64,000 nucleotides of DNA from an uncultured bacterium. Lineage in GTDB: Bacteria > Zixibacteria > MSB-5A5 > CAIYYT01. Under the pieces are notes generated by a model. It did not search any database, was not told the origin of the DNA, and worked only from the letters and a program-made list of their open reading frames with translations. Positions 10,251 through 19,929 of this stretch are shown piece after piece. Every line of letters starts with the position of its first letter. Within the stretch, counting starts at the first letter, position 1. The DNA lies in NCBI GenBank assembly GCA_963726455.1, contig CAVSCK010000004.1:1408001-1472000 (forward strand), read 5' to 3'. The translations under genes and the position numbers were made by a program.

Positions 10251-10688
10251 TTACGATTTGTTATTGTTAAACAGATCTTCTGCCAGTGACAAAGCCACGC
10301 CGGAGAGCATTACTTCAACACCAAATTTGGAAAAGTCCGACGAAATCAGGTCGCTGTTTACTTCCGCGTATAGCGAGCTGGCGGCCTCGCGCTCGACAAC
10401 CAATCCGGAAAGACGGCCGGCACATTCCGCCACGAACGTCACCTCGCCGAGTTCTTCACTTACCACGTACCCTGAACAATTGTGAAGCTGCAAATGAGCG
10501 CCGCCGGTGTAGACTACCACCAGTGAGCCGCGCTTGTTGCCAAGTGCTGTGTCAGGGTAGATTTCGAGGACAAGACTGCGTTTTTCTTCGGTCTGCACGA
10601 CCTTGATACGATAGTGGTCAACTTCCCAGATCGCTTCATTCGCGCCGAGAATCCCTTTGATCTTTTCAATATTGTCTTTGGTGAACAT
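10251..10688 (-). CDS. Hypothetical protein
   Basis: 145 aa ORF abutting the tatA stop, protein-like composition; no family recognised. Confidence 0.65.
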   Translation of the reverse strand: MFTKDNIEKIKGILGANEAIWEVDHYRIKVVQTEEKRSLVLEIYPDTALGNKRGSLVVVYTGGAHLQLHNCSGYVVSEELGEVTFVAECAGRLSGLVVEREAASSLYAEVNSDLISSDFSKFGVEVMLSGVALSLAEDLFNNNKS

Positions 10689-10907
10689 CTATTCCTTTTT
10701 ATCGGTACCGGTGTCACTCTTAACAACATTGCCTTTTACTTCTTCGGGCTTCGATACTTCATCCGCCGTATCCTTCATCGCCTTCTTGAAATCGCGAATG
10801 CCACGGCCAAGTCCTTGTGCAATCTCCGGAATTCTCTTGGCGCCGAAGAGAAGCAACACGATCAGGAATATAACAAGTAGTTCCTGTACTCCGAGTCCAC
10901 CAAACAT
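10689..10907 (-). CDS. tatA: Twin-arginine translocase TatA/TatE
   Basis: [39 protein letters not shown]. Confidence 0.95.
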   Translation of the reverse strand: MFGGLGVQELLVIFLIVLLLFGAKRIPEIAQGLGRGIRDFKKAMKDTADEVSKPEEVKGNVVKSDTGTDKKE

Positions 10908-10922
10908 CTTATCCTCCAGCGG

Positions 10923-11189
10923 TTAAATATACCACCAACGGAAGTAAATAACAACCATAACCAGGAATAATACGCTCATAAAGTTTATCTTGAACATGAA
11001 TCCGAGCGTAAAGTTGATCGCAAAGAAATCCACCGTAAACGGTTTCAGGCCGATCTGCAAGCTCTCCTGAAACAGCGTCTTGGCGGCGCCGTCCGGAAGG
11101 AACTTCCCGATGATATCGCCTACCAGCCCGCCGGCCACGGCTGCCAGAATCAGGGAAACCACCAGAAAGACGATTTCGGACCGCTTCAA
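10923..11189 (-). CDS. DUF4321-like small membrane protein
   Basis: Two hydrophobic segments, [24 protein letters not shown] pattern. Confidence 0.7.
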   Translation of the reverse strand: MKRSEIVFLVVSLILAAVAGGLVGDIIGKFLPDGAAKTLFQESLQIGLKPFTVDFFAINFTLGFMFKINFMSVLFLVMVVIYFRWWYI

Positions 11190-11890
11190 ACAGATACTCC
11201 CGCAGTCGCATAGGCCACTAGTGATTGAAAGATTCGAATCCCGTCGGACGACCCGAGCAAGCTTTCACTGGCGCGTTCCGGGTGCGGCATCATACCAAAG
11301 ACGTTCCGCTGACGATTGCAGATGCCGGCGATGTTGTTAATGCTTCCGTTGGGATTGGCAGCATCCGTGACCTCGCCGTTGGGGCTGCAATAACGGAAGA
11401 TCACTTGCCGGTTGCGCTCCAGTTCAGCGACGTCATCCGGGTACCAGTAGTAGTTGCCATCCGTGTGAGCGATTGGAATCTTAAGGACATCGCCGATACT
11501 CAGACGTCCGGAAAACGGCGTCTCATTATTCTCACAGCGCAAGTAGACATGCTTGCAGATGAATCGCAGTTCCCGGTTGCGCAGCATGGCACCCGGAAGC
11601 AATCCCGATTCCAGCAAAATCTGGAATCCGTTGCAGATGCCAATGACCAGGCCGCCGCCGCGCGCATATTCGACCACCGATCGCATGACCGGCGAGTACC
11701 GCGCGATAGCGCCGGTACGCAAATAGTCACCGTAGGAAAATCCGCCGGGCAGGATTATGCAGTCGAATCCACTCACATCACTGTCTTTGTGCCAGATGAA
11801 TTCGACATCTTTCCCTAACTCGTCCTTGACGACCATAAAGCTATCGTAGTCGCAATTGCTGCCGGGGAATGTCACGACGCCGAATTTCAT
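11186..11890 (-). CDS. purQ: Phosphoribosylformylglycinamidine synthase subunit PurQ
   Basis: [34 protein letters not shown]. Confidence 0.97.
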   Translation of the reverse strand: MKFGVVTFPGSNCDYDSFMVVKDELGKDVEFIWHKDSDVSGFDCIILPGGFSYGDYLRTGAIARYSPVMRSVVEYARGGGLVIGICNGFQILLESGLLPGAMLRNRELRFICKHVYLRCENNETPFSGRLSIGDVLKIPIAHTDGNYYWYPDDVAELERNRQVIFRYCSPNGEVTDAANPNGSINNIAGICNRQRNVFGMMPHPERASESLLGSSDGIRIFQSLVAYATAGVSV

Positions 11891-12145
11891 CTACGCTTCC
11901 TCTATCTCGAAGGTCTCAATCACTGGATTGGCCAGAACTTTGCGGCAAATCTCTTCCGACTTGGCTCGAATGTCATTGTTCGCTTCCGCCTTGAATGTCA
12001 GCTCAAATACCTTTCCGGAACGCACGTCAGCGACGTCATTAAATCCGAGTTGAGCCAGCGCATTGCGAATGGTAACACCCTGCGGATCAAGCACGCCGTC
12101 TTTCAGGCGAATTCGGCAAACGACTTTCTTACCCTTCGGGGTCAT
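11891..12145 (-). CDS. purS: Phosphoribosylformylglycinamidine synthase subunit PurS
   Basis: LKDGVLDPQG...VRSGK...LANPVIE; start at ATG 12145. Confidence 0.93.
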   Translation of the reverse strand: MTPKGKKVVCRIRLKDGVLDPQGVTIRNALAQLGFNDVADVRSGKVFELTFKAEANNDIRAKSEEICRKVLANPVIETFEIEEA

Positions 12146-12902
12146 GCGTTCTTTCCTTTCTAATCCGGCGAGTGTTTCCCGCCATGATCCGCCATCCTTC
12201 CTTGGCGACTCCAATAACAATATACAGCGCTACGCCGGGAAAGATCATCATTCTCGGCTTAAATACCACCGCGATCAAAAATACAAAAAGCGCGACCGCC
12301 TTCAAACGATTTTCTGTCGTGTCAAAACGCTCCGGCAGAGTGTCGTAGGCCACCGTCGAAACCATCAATCCCGACAGCACAATCACCATGGTGACGAAAT
12401 ACTCGGGATATTGTATATCCTGGAAATACTTCATGCAGAGAATGATATAGGAGGCGATGGTTACCGCTGCCGTGGGAATTGGCAAGCCCAAATAACGGGC
12501 CTTGCGGTGCGGGTCGGAAATGACGTTGTAGCGCGCCAGGCGAAATGCCCCGGTCATCATAAAGACTACCGCGACGATCCAGCCCATGTAATTATCGAAA
12601 TCATTTAGCACCGAGATCGAGGTCAAAAATGCCGGTGCCACTCCAAAGCTGACGATGTCGGCCAGCGAATCAAGTTCCTGCCCGAATTTGCTGGTTGATT
12701 TCGACAACCGAGCCACCCGGCCATCAAGCGCATCCAGAAAGGCCGCCAGAATGATCAGCCAGGCGGCGCGCGCCAGATTGCCATTGTGTGACGCCATGAT
12801 CGACAGGAATCCGCACAACAGATTTCCCATCGTAAAGGCGCCGGGGAAAATCCCCCGAAAGCTAGCGATTCGGCTTGAACGATCCAATGATACTCTCCCC
12901 AC
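12129..12902 (-). CDS. pssA: CDP-diacylglycerol--serine O-phosphatidyltransferase
   Basis: DALDGRVAR...FGQELDSLADIVSFGVAP, RLARYN; start uncertain. Confidence 0.9.
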   Translation of the reverse strand: MGRVSLDRSSRIASFRGIFPGAFTMGNLLCGFLSIMASHNGNLARAAWLIILAAFLDALDGRVARLSKSTSKFGQELDSLADIVSFGVAPAFLTSISVLNDFDNYMGWIVAVVFMMTGAFRLARYNVISDPHRKARYLGLPIPTAAVTIASYIILCMKYFQDIQYPEYFVTMVIVLSGLMVSTVAYDTLPERFDTTENRLKAVALFVFLIAVVFKPRMMIFPGVALYIVIGVAKEGWRIMAGNTRRIRKERTHDPEG

Positions 12903-13509
12903 CCTTGACGTGGTCGCCTATCTTAACGTTGATGGAAACATTCGTTCCCAGAAACAGGTCGATTCGTGAACCGAAGCGAATCAGCCCGAAGCGTTCACCG
13001 CGGGATACGGTCTCGCCGCCGCGCAAGCGACATACGATTCGTCGCGCGATAATCCCCGCAACTTGTGCAAATCTGACTACCCCTCCGGAGGACTCGATCG
13101 TAATCTCAGTTCGCTCGTTTTCCGTTACCGCCGCACGTTCGAATGCCTTGAGGAATTTGCCGGGTCGATAATCGACACCAGTAACCTTCCCCGAAACCGG
13201 AATCCGATTCACATGAACATTGAACACTGAGAGAAAGATCGAAACCAGCTTAACCTTGTTACCCTGTCCGTCATCGATGTCTTCAATTACAATCACCCGG
13301 CCGTCTCCCGGCGAGAGAATAAACTCGTCTCCCGAGGGAGGTTCGCGGTTAGGATCGCGAAAGAAGTATGTCACGAATGCGGCAATAATGAATAGCAAGA
13401 TAGCTGCCACCAGCATGGCCACTGGATGAAACAGCACAAAAATAATCACTGCCAGCGCGGTCGCAAACCACGCTGGAAGAATAAACGGCAAACCTTCGCG
13501 GGCGACCAT
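12862..13509 (-). CDS. psd: Phosphatidylserine decarboxylase proenzyme
   Basis: FFRDP, IFLSVFNVHVNR, RFGSRIDL (GS self-cleavage site); ATG overlaps purB stop. Confidence 0.93.
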   Translation of the reverse strand: MVAREGLPFILPAWFATALAVIIFVLFHPVAMLVAAILLFIIAAFVTYFFRDPNREPPSGDEFILSPGDGRVIVIEDIDDGQGNKVKLVSIFLSVFNVHVNRIPVSGKVTGVDYRPGKFLKAFERAAVTENERTEITIESSGGVVRFAQVAGIIARRIVCRLRGGETVSRGERFGLIRFGSRIDLFLGTNVSINVKIGDHVKGGESIIGSFKPNR

Positions 13510-14798
13510 CACAGACACCTCTGGTAAATCTTGTCAATGTGCCGGAAGTAATATTTGATATCAAAGCACTCGGCGATTTCCGCCCGTGACATGTACTTCG
13601 TGATTTCCGGGTCAGCTACCACCAACTCCGTGAACTTGCCCTTGCCTGCCCAGCCGGCCATGGCGTTGCGCTGAACCAGGCGATACGCTGTTTCACGCGA
13701 TCCGCACTTCTCGGCCAACTTCAACAGTAACCTGCCACTGAATATCAGGCCGCCCGTCAAATTCAGATTCCGTCTGGCATTTTGGGGATAAACCAGCAGC
13801 GTATCCATTACGCCGCCGAATTGTTGAAGCAAATATACTATCAGGATTGTCGAATCCGGCAGGATGATTCGCTCTACTGATGAATGGGAAATATCACGTT
13901 CGTGCCACAGTGTGATGTCTTCGATCGCCGCCACCAGATTTCCGCGCAGCACGCGCGCTAACCCACTGATCTTCTCGCATGTCACGGGATTGCGTTTGTG
14001 CGGCATGGCCGACGAACCCTTCTGCCCCTTGGAAAAACCCTCTTCCATCTCCAGAACTTCGGTACGCTGCAGCGCGCGAATCTCGGTCGCGAATTTTTCC
14101 AGGGAGGCGCCCAACAGTGCTATTGCCGACAGAAACTCGGCATGCCGGTCGCGCTGGACAATCTGTGTTGATACCGGCGCCGCCAAAATCTTCAATTTGC
14201 GGCAAACAGCGGCTTCGACCTTGGGATCAAGGTTCGCAAAATTGCCGACGGCTCCGGAAATCTTTCCCACCGCCACCTGCTGAGCCGCGTGCGTCAGCCG
14301 TTCCTTGTGCCTCAGTAATTCCTGGTGCCACATCAGGAACTTCAGTCCCATCGTGGTCGGCTCGGCATGTACTCCATGCGTGCGCCCAATCACCGGCGTC
14401 TTCTTGTATCTGACCGCCTTCTGGCGTACTTTCTTAATGACTTCACTCAATTCACGGAGAATGATCTCCCCCGCCTGCTTGAGAATCACACCTTGTGCAG
14501 TATCTACAAGGTCCGAGGACGTCATTCCGAAGTGAAGATATTTCGCTTGCGCGCCGGTCTGTTCCGACACCGAAGTCAGGAACGCAATGACATCGTGTTT
14601 GACTTCCCGCTCGATCGTATCGATACGCTTGATCGAATACGACGCCTTCGACTTAAGTTGCCGGTACGCGGAAGCGGGAATCATTTTCATCTCGGCCTGC
14701 ACCTGCGCGACCGTCAATTCCACTTGCAGCCAAGTGTCGTATTTGTGCTTGTCGGTCCAAAGTCCGCCGATTTCCGGCGTCGTGTAACGGGCGATCAT
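13509..14798 (-). CDS. purB: Adenylosuccinate lyase
   Basis: [33 protein letters not shown]. Confidence 0.97.
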   Translation of the reverse strand: MIARYTTPEIGGLWTDKHKYDTWLQVELTVAQVQAEMKMIPASAYRQLKSKASYSIKRIDTIEREVKHDVIAFLTSVSEQTGAQAKYLHFGMTSSDLVDTAQGVILKQAGEIILRELSEVIKKVRQKAVRYKKTPVIGRTHGVHAEPTTMGLKFLMWHQELLRHKERLTHAAQQVAVGKISGAVGNFANLDPKVEAAVCRKLKILAAPVSTQIVQRDRHAEFLSAIALLGASLEKFATEIRALQRTEVLEMEEGFSKGQKGSSAMPHKRNPVTCEKISGLARVLRGNLVAAIEDITLWHERDISHSSVERIILPDSTILIVYLLQQFGGVMDTLLVYPQNARRNLNLTGGLIFSGRLLLKLAEKCGSRETAYRLVQRNAMAGWAGKGKFTELVVADPEITKYMSRAEIAECFDIKYYFRHIDKIYQRCL

Positions 14799-15442
14799 CT
14801 ATTCTTCACCTTTTCCCAATCGGCCAGGAATTTGGCCAGACCGGTATCAGTCAACGGATGCTGAATCAGCTTATCGATTACGTTGAACGGAATCGTGCAA
14901 ATATCCGCGCCAATCAACGCCGCCTGCACCACGTGCATGGGATGCCGCACGGACGCCACCAGCACTTCGGTCTCGAAACTGTAGTTGCCGTAGATACCGA
15001 CTATCTGTTCGATCAGGTTCATGCCTTCTTCGGAAATGTCGTCCAGCCGTCCGATAAACGGCGAGACAAACTTCGCGCCGACTTTCGCCGCCATGATGGC
15101 CTGCGTCGGAGAGAATACCAGCGTCATATTCACGCCGATTCCTTCCTCGGCAAAAGTCTTTGTGGCCTGCAGTCCGGTTCGGATGCACGGCACTTTCACG
15201 ACGATATTCTTGTGTACTTTGGCAAGCGCTTTGCCCTCTCGCAAGATTCCTTCATAATCAGTCGCCGCTACTTCCGCGGAAATAGGTCCATCGACGATCT
15301 CGCAGATCTGTCTTAGAATGTCCTCAAACTTGCCGCTTTCTTTGGCTACCAACGATGGGTTGGTGGTCACTCCGTCCAGCACACCGAGTGCCGCTGCTTG
15401 TTTGATTTCCCCGATGTTTGCGGTATCGATGAAGAATTTCAT
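14795..15442 (-). CDS. tal: Transaldolase / fructose-6-phosphate aldolase family
   Basis: [34 protein letters not shown]. Confidence 0.92.
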   Translation of the reverse strand: MKFFIDTANIGEIKQAAALGVLDGVTTNPSLVAKESGKFEDILRQICEIVDGPISAEVAATDYEGILREGKALAKVHKNIVVKVPCIRTGLQATKTFAEEGIGVNMTLVFSPTQAIMAAKVGAKFVSPFIGRLDDISEEGMNLIEQIVGIYGNYSFETEVLVASVRHPMHVVQAALIGADICTIPFNVIDKLIQHPLTDTGLAKFLADWEKVKNR

Positions 15443-15450
15443 GCACTCCT

Positions 15451-16197
15451 CTATTTCTCGCGCACGCGCGCAAACTTTACTTTCGCCAGATAGAGTCCTT
15501 CAGCCGGCGCCGGATACAAAGCCCGCTTCTTTGTTGGATGCTTAATTATCGTTTCGAAATCACTCCGGGTCATTCGTCCCGTTGCCACCTCAATCTGTGC
15601 TCCCACCAGAAACCGCACCATGTGATGCAGAAACCGGTCGCCGATAATCTTAAAATATAACTTCTTGCCCGCCTTGCGCCAAGCGGCATCTTTGATTCGG
15701 CAATTATTATCTTTCTTGAGGGATTTTTGCACGCAAAAGCCCGTAAAATCGTGTTCCCCCTGCAATAACCTGGCCAGATCCTGCAGCACCTCCAAATCAA
15801 CAACACGATCGAGTTGCCACCATCTGTCCAAGCAAAACGGCGAATTGTCCAGATAGATCTGATACCGGTATGTTTTTTCCACGCTGTGCCGTCTGGCATT
15901 GAATAACGGCGCGACTTCTTCAGACTTGAGCACCTGAATATCCGCAGGCAACTTGGATTGAATCGCCGGTTTGAATTTATCCGTCGGGATTCTTGAACCC
16001 GTCTGGAAATTGGCGACGTAATGCTCGGCATGAACGCCCGCATCGGTGCGGCTGCAACCGATCAACGCCACTTCTTCATGCGTGACTGCGGAGATTGCTT
16101 TCTGGATTACTTCCTGAATGGATTTGCCATTCCTCTGATGCTGCCAGCCGCAGTATTCGGTTCCGACAAAAGCCAATTGAAGCAGAATATTTCTCAC
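15451..16197 (-). CDS. truA: tRNA pseudouridine(38-40) synthase
   Basis: [31 protein letters not shown]; GTG start overlapping ecfT stop. Confidence 0.93.
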   Translation of the reverse strand: MRNILLQLAFVGTEYCGWQHQRNGKSIQEVIQKAISAVTHEEVALIGCSRTDAGVHAEHYVANFQTGSRIPTDKFKPAIQSKLPADIQVLKSEEVAPLFNARRHSVEKTYRYQIYLDNSPFCLDRWWQLDRVVDLEVLQDLARLLQGEHDFTGFCVQKSLKKDNNCRIKDAAWRKAGKKLYFKIIGDRFLHHMVRFLVGAQIEVATGRMTRSDFETIIKHPTKKRALYPAPAEGLYLAKVKFARVREK

Positions 16198-16994
16198 AGC
16201 CCTACTCTCAGAATTACCGCACCCCACGCCAGTGTCATCACTAGAAAGGCGTAGTCAAGCCAGCGTAAAGGTCGATTGTTGTAGAAACTGCGACGCTTGC
16301 AGACGCCCCAGCCACGCACGGTCAGCGCATCACCCAGCACGTCGCTTTTCCTGATTGCCGACGCGGTCACCGGTATCAACAGCGGCACAACGCTCCTGAC
16401 ACGGGAAACCAGTCCGCCTCCGAATGTAGCTCCCCGCGCCTTCTGCGCGAATTCGATCTGATGATACTGCGCGAAAATCTCCGGAATGAATCTTATCGCC
16501 ACCCACAGCGCCATACCGATTCCATTTATGGCGCTGTTCACAAATTGCAGCGGCGACAGCAATCGCCAAATCCCCAGCGCAAAATCATTAGCCGAGATCA
16601 TCAGCGTCGCCACCTGCGCCGCTCCCAAAAACAGCGCCAACCGCCAACAGAACATGAGGCCGGAGTCCAGGGCCTCTCTGGATATTGACAATCCAAGTAT
16701 GCTTCCTATTGGCGTGTGTCCCGACCTGTTGAACAGCAGGTGAAGGGCCAGCGTGATAGCCGCCATCGGGAGGAGAAAGAGAAATAGCCGTCGCAGGTCT
16801 TTCTGCGTCACCTTCAAAGCTATCAGCAGCACAACCAGTGTCGTACTCAGCACAAGGTAAGGCGTCGGCTTGAGCAGTATTGAAATCAACACTACCGCAA
16901 CCAACCCTGCGAAGATCCTGATCCGCGCGTCGATCGAGCCGACCCATTTCGGTCTTGCTACAGAATCATGTATGAACGGATAGGTGCTTCCCAT
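16194..16994 (-). CDS. ecfT: ECF transporter transmembrane component T (CbiQ family)
   Basis: DARIR N-terminus, RFIP, AQKARG and LTVRGW conserved X-R-G motifs. Confidence 0.85.
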   Translation of the reverse strand: MGSTYPFIHDSVARPKWVGSIDARIRIFAGLVAVVLISILLKPTPYLVLSTTLVVLLIALKVTQKDLRRLFLFLLPMAAITLALHLLFNRSGHTPIGSILGLSISREALDSGLMFCWRLALFLGAAQVATLMISANDFALGIWRLLSPLQFVNSAINGIGMALWVAIRFIPEIFAQYHQIEFAQKARGATFGGGLVSRVRSVVPLLIPVTASAIRKSDVLGDALTVRGWGVCKRRSFYNNRPLRWLDYAFLVMTLAWGAVILRVGL

Positions 16995-17020
16995 GTCCCT
17001 CGCTTCTATTTCGAGCGCGC

Positions 17021-17049
17021 AAAATAGTGATCGCTGGTCGCGATGTCAA
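17021..17049 (-). promoter_or_regulatory. Sigma70 promoter for the ecfT-truA-tal-pur operon
   Basis: TTGACA-17-TATTTT. Confidence 0.55.
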
Positions 17050-17087
17050 TTATTGCGAATTTGGGCGGGGATGACCGTGTTGGGGTC

Positions 17088-17118
17088 AAAAAAGACGGGC
17101 CGTTGGAAACGACCCGTT
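17088..17118 (-). terminator. Rho-independent terminator after M6 protease gene
   Basis: Stem-loop ACGGGCCGT..ACGACCCGT with T-tract on the minus strand. Confidence 0.7.
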
Positions 17119-17135
17119 GAGAATCTTGCAGGAGT

Positions 17136-19835
17136 CTACTTGGTCAGAACCATCTTCCTGGTTGTTGACGTTGTGCCGACGGTCAGGCGATATAGATAGA
17201 CACCGCTGGGTTTGTCGGCCGCGTCGAATTCCGCGACGTACCTGCCCGGCCTGGCGATACCGCTCGCCAGCGTCGAGACTTTCTCACCGAGTACATTGAA
17301 GACGTCCAGCGAGAACGGCTCCCCAACTCCACGGGAATTGATTTCGTAACTAATGATCGTCGACGGGTTGAACGGATTCGGGAAATTCTGGTTCAACTCG
17401 AATGCGGACGGCAACGGCAGGCCGGCGAAATCATCACTGACGTCAGTCGTCGTATTGGCAGCCAGGAAATCAAGCACACGCTGCATTACAACCTGGCGGC
17501 TAGCGAAGCCGGCTTTGTTGTTGTCGATGGACTCAAATCCGAATCCGAAAAACGCAACTCGATAACCTGAAACACTCGCAAACAGACTTGCCGCTGAACC
17601 GGCCGGCGAGATGTACCTGAAGGCCTCATTTGCGCCGGGAAGAACATCCAATATGTCCGCCGATCCTTGATTTGCCGCTCCATCACCGAAATAAACAGAA
17701 AGTGACAGGCCGCTACCGACAGGATCACCGGCAGTACCGCTCAAATATCGTCCGGCACAGTTGTTCGCAAAGCGCACGTGGAGGTAATCGCGCAGGAAAG
17801 TAGAGTCGGCGTTGTCTTTCAACTGCTCGGCGATGCTCTGCCCCGTCAGGAACAGGCGACCGCCCTGATTGAGATAACCGCGCAGGAAATTCACGCGCGC
17901 CGCGTCAATCACCGGCATCCGCTCATCGCCGGTATACCAGACCATATAAAAGTGCGAGTAGGCGCTGGTCGGCGGTATGCCGCTCGCGGTGACATCCCAG
18001 TAATCATACGGCACACCCAGACTGTCGAGCGTCGACGTGAACCAGAGACTGCGATCCATCGGCGGCGGATAGTCAGTGGAACCGTCGTCATCCACAAGCA
18101 GCAACTGTACTCCGCCCACGAACTTGTACAAAGTCGTGGTGAAGGTATCGGCCGGTGTTGTTGTCGTAACGGTTATGTCAAATCGCGCGTTCGTCGGCTG
18201 AATTGACGGGCTTAAAGTAAAATCAATCGGCGTCGTGCTATTGTTCTTCGACTGCCCCGTTGTCATATCACCCAGATTGTTCTGGCCGGTATTGAACGTG
18301 ATTCCCGGTGTCGGTGAAGTGACATTGACATTCACGCCGGCAACACCAACCCAATAGTTCTTAAGCGTGTAGAGCAACTGCGCGCGTTCACCCGGTAACA
18401 GGATGCCGTCGCCGTTGCCATATGCTGCGTCGCTGAAGCTCGTCGAGGTAAATTGCAGATTAGTCCGGCTGAAATTGATTTCCAAATTGCAGGTGACCGT
18501 GTTGTTCATCGGGTTCTGCACGATATTCCAAACTGAAACCTGATTGGCGATACCGGTCCACCCGGTTGTGCTCGGCGTGGTCAGATTCGTAAATTCGGTG
18601 TGCACATTCATGGGACCGGGATAGGGATCGTTGTTGTCGCCATCGTTCGTACCATGTTCGAGATCGAATTGCCCGTCGGCTTGCTCTACCGATACATGCC
18701 AACGCCCAAATCTGGCGACATCATTCGAGCCGGACAGGTTGTCATCGCAATGAAAGATCAGCAAACCTGACCCGGGCAGCGCCTGGTCAAAACCGACCTG
18801 TTGGCGGTTCTCTACCAGGTAGTATTCGTTGGAACCGGTAGACGGCAAGAATATCTTGTATCGCAAAGTGTCCGTTACTGATGGGCCCAGAGTCACGTTG
18901 GCCATATTGGAATTCACATTTACTTTCCGGCCGAAGTTTAGCTTGGTCTTGCACCAGGCGTCCAGGTGTGCCGGCCATTTTCCCAAACCATTCCAACTGC
19001 CTGATGCCATCAGCGACCATTTGCCCAAACCCGGCAGACCGGATGGACCGACATCGTACAAGTCGGGCAACGAGATTGCGTGTCCGAATTCATGGCAGTA
19101 TACGCCGATGTTGGTCGGACCGTTGAACTCCGCCTCCGGCCCGATGACATATGTCCTCACTACAATTCCCTCAGCCGTGATATATGAAGGCGACAGATAG
19201 TTCATGTGAGACCAGATCAATCCGGGAGCGCCGCCCTCCTCAGCTCCCTTACCGGCATGAACAATAAATACAGCATCTACGGCGCCATTGGTGTTGGCAT
19301 AGTTGGAGAAATTTATGACTGGATCAGCTATTTGTACCGCGTCCCGTACAAGGATTCCGCTCTCGCTTAATCCGTTGTCCGAGCCGACATAAGTCGCATA
19401 GGTTTTCGGCATTCGAAACCAGCCGTACACGTCACCGTCGACATCGGCTTTGCCATAGGAATTTTCGTCGTAGAAGTCCTTCATGCTCTGCGGGTGTTGG
19501 AGATTCTGACTGAAGAGTAACGAATCGAAATAAGGAGCTTCTTTGCCTGTGGTGCGAGCATTGTCAGAGAAATCAACCAGCAGCACAACGATCTTGTAAA
19601 AGACGGTCGCGTCGGCGCCGAGTGTTGTTCCAATCTTCATATTCGGCTTGGCCTGTGCCGCTTCCCGATCGGCCTCTAATTGGTCGCGCCAGGCCTTGAA
19701 TTTCACCGAAAATGCCTCCCAGGCGCCTTCGCGCTTCAACTTTTCCACCAATTGCGGCGAGATCGTCAAAGCACTAAGACTACCGGAGCCCAGAATCAGA
19801 AATGCGAGTAACAATAAGCAAATTAGCCGTTTCAT
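17136..19835 (-). CDS. Secreted M6-family (immune inhibitor A-like) metalloprotease with T9SS-type C-terminal sorting domain
   Basis: Signal peptide; LLVDFSD, HEFGHAISLPDLYD, WSLMASGSW, EYYLVENRQ; C-terminal QNFPNPFNPST...RKMVLTK. Confidence 0.9.
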   Translation of the reverse strand: MKRLICLLLLAFLILGSGSLSALTISPQLVEKLKREGAWEAFSVKFKAWRDQLEADREAAQAKPNMKIGTTLGADATVFYKIVVLLVDFSDNARTTGKEAPYFDSLLFSQNLQHPQSMKDFYDENSYGKADVDGDVYGWFRMPKTYATYVGSDNGLSESGILVRDAVQIADPVINFSNYANTNGAVDAVFIVHAGKGAEEGGAPGLIWSHMNYLSPSYITAEGIVVRTYVIGPEAEFNGPTNIGVYCHEFGHAISLPDLYDVGPSGLPGLGKWSLMASGSWNGLGKWPAHLDAWCKTKLNFGRKVNVNSNMANVTLGPSVTDTLRYKIFLPSTGSNEYYLVENRQQVGFDQALPGSGLLIFHCDDNLSGSNDVARFGRWHVSVEQADGQFDLEHGTNDGDNNDPYPGPMNVHTEFTNLTTPSTTGWTGIANQVSVWNIVQNPMNNTVTCNLEINFSRTNLQFTSTSFSDAAYGNGDGILLPGERAQLLYTLKNYWVGVAGVNVNVTSPTPGITFNTGQNNLGDMTTGQSKNNSTTPIDFTLSPSIQPTNARFDITVTTTTPADTFTTTLYKFVGGVQLLLVDDDGSTDYPPPMDRSLWFTSTLDSLGVPYDYWDVTASGIPPTSAYSHFYMVWYTGDERMPVIDAARVNFLRGYLNQGGRLFLTGQSIAEQLKDNADSTFLRDYLHVRFANNCAGRYLSGTAGDPVGSGLSLSVYFGDGAANQGSADILDVLPGANEAFRYISPAGSAASLFASVSGYRVAFFGFGFESIDNNKAGFASRQVVMQRVLDFLAANTTTDVSDDFAGLPLPSAFELNQNFPNPFNPSTIISYEINSRGVGEPFSLDVFNVLGEKVSTLASGIARPGRYVAEFDAADKPSGVYLYRLTVGTTSTTRKMVLTK

Positions 19836-19929
19836 ATATCCCCTAAATCCTTCCCGGAAGTATCATTCTTACCACTTTTCGGAAACCCATCAAAGGTAAT
19901 ATACGCCCAAAAGGCCGGTTTATCCATTG

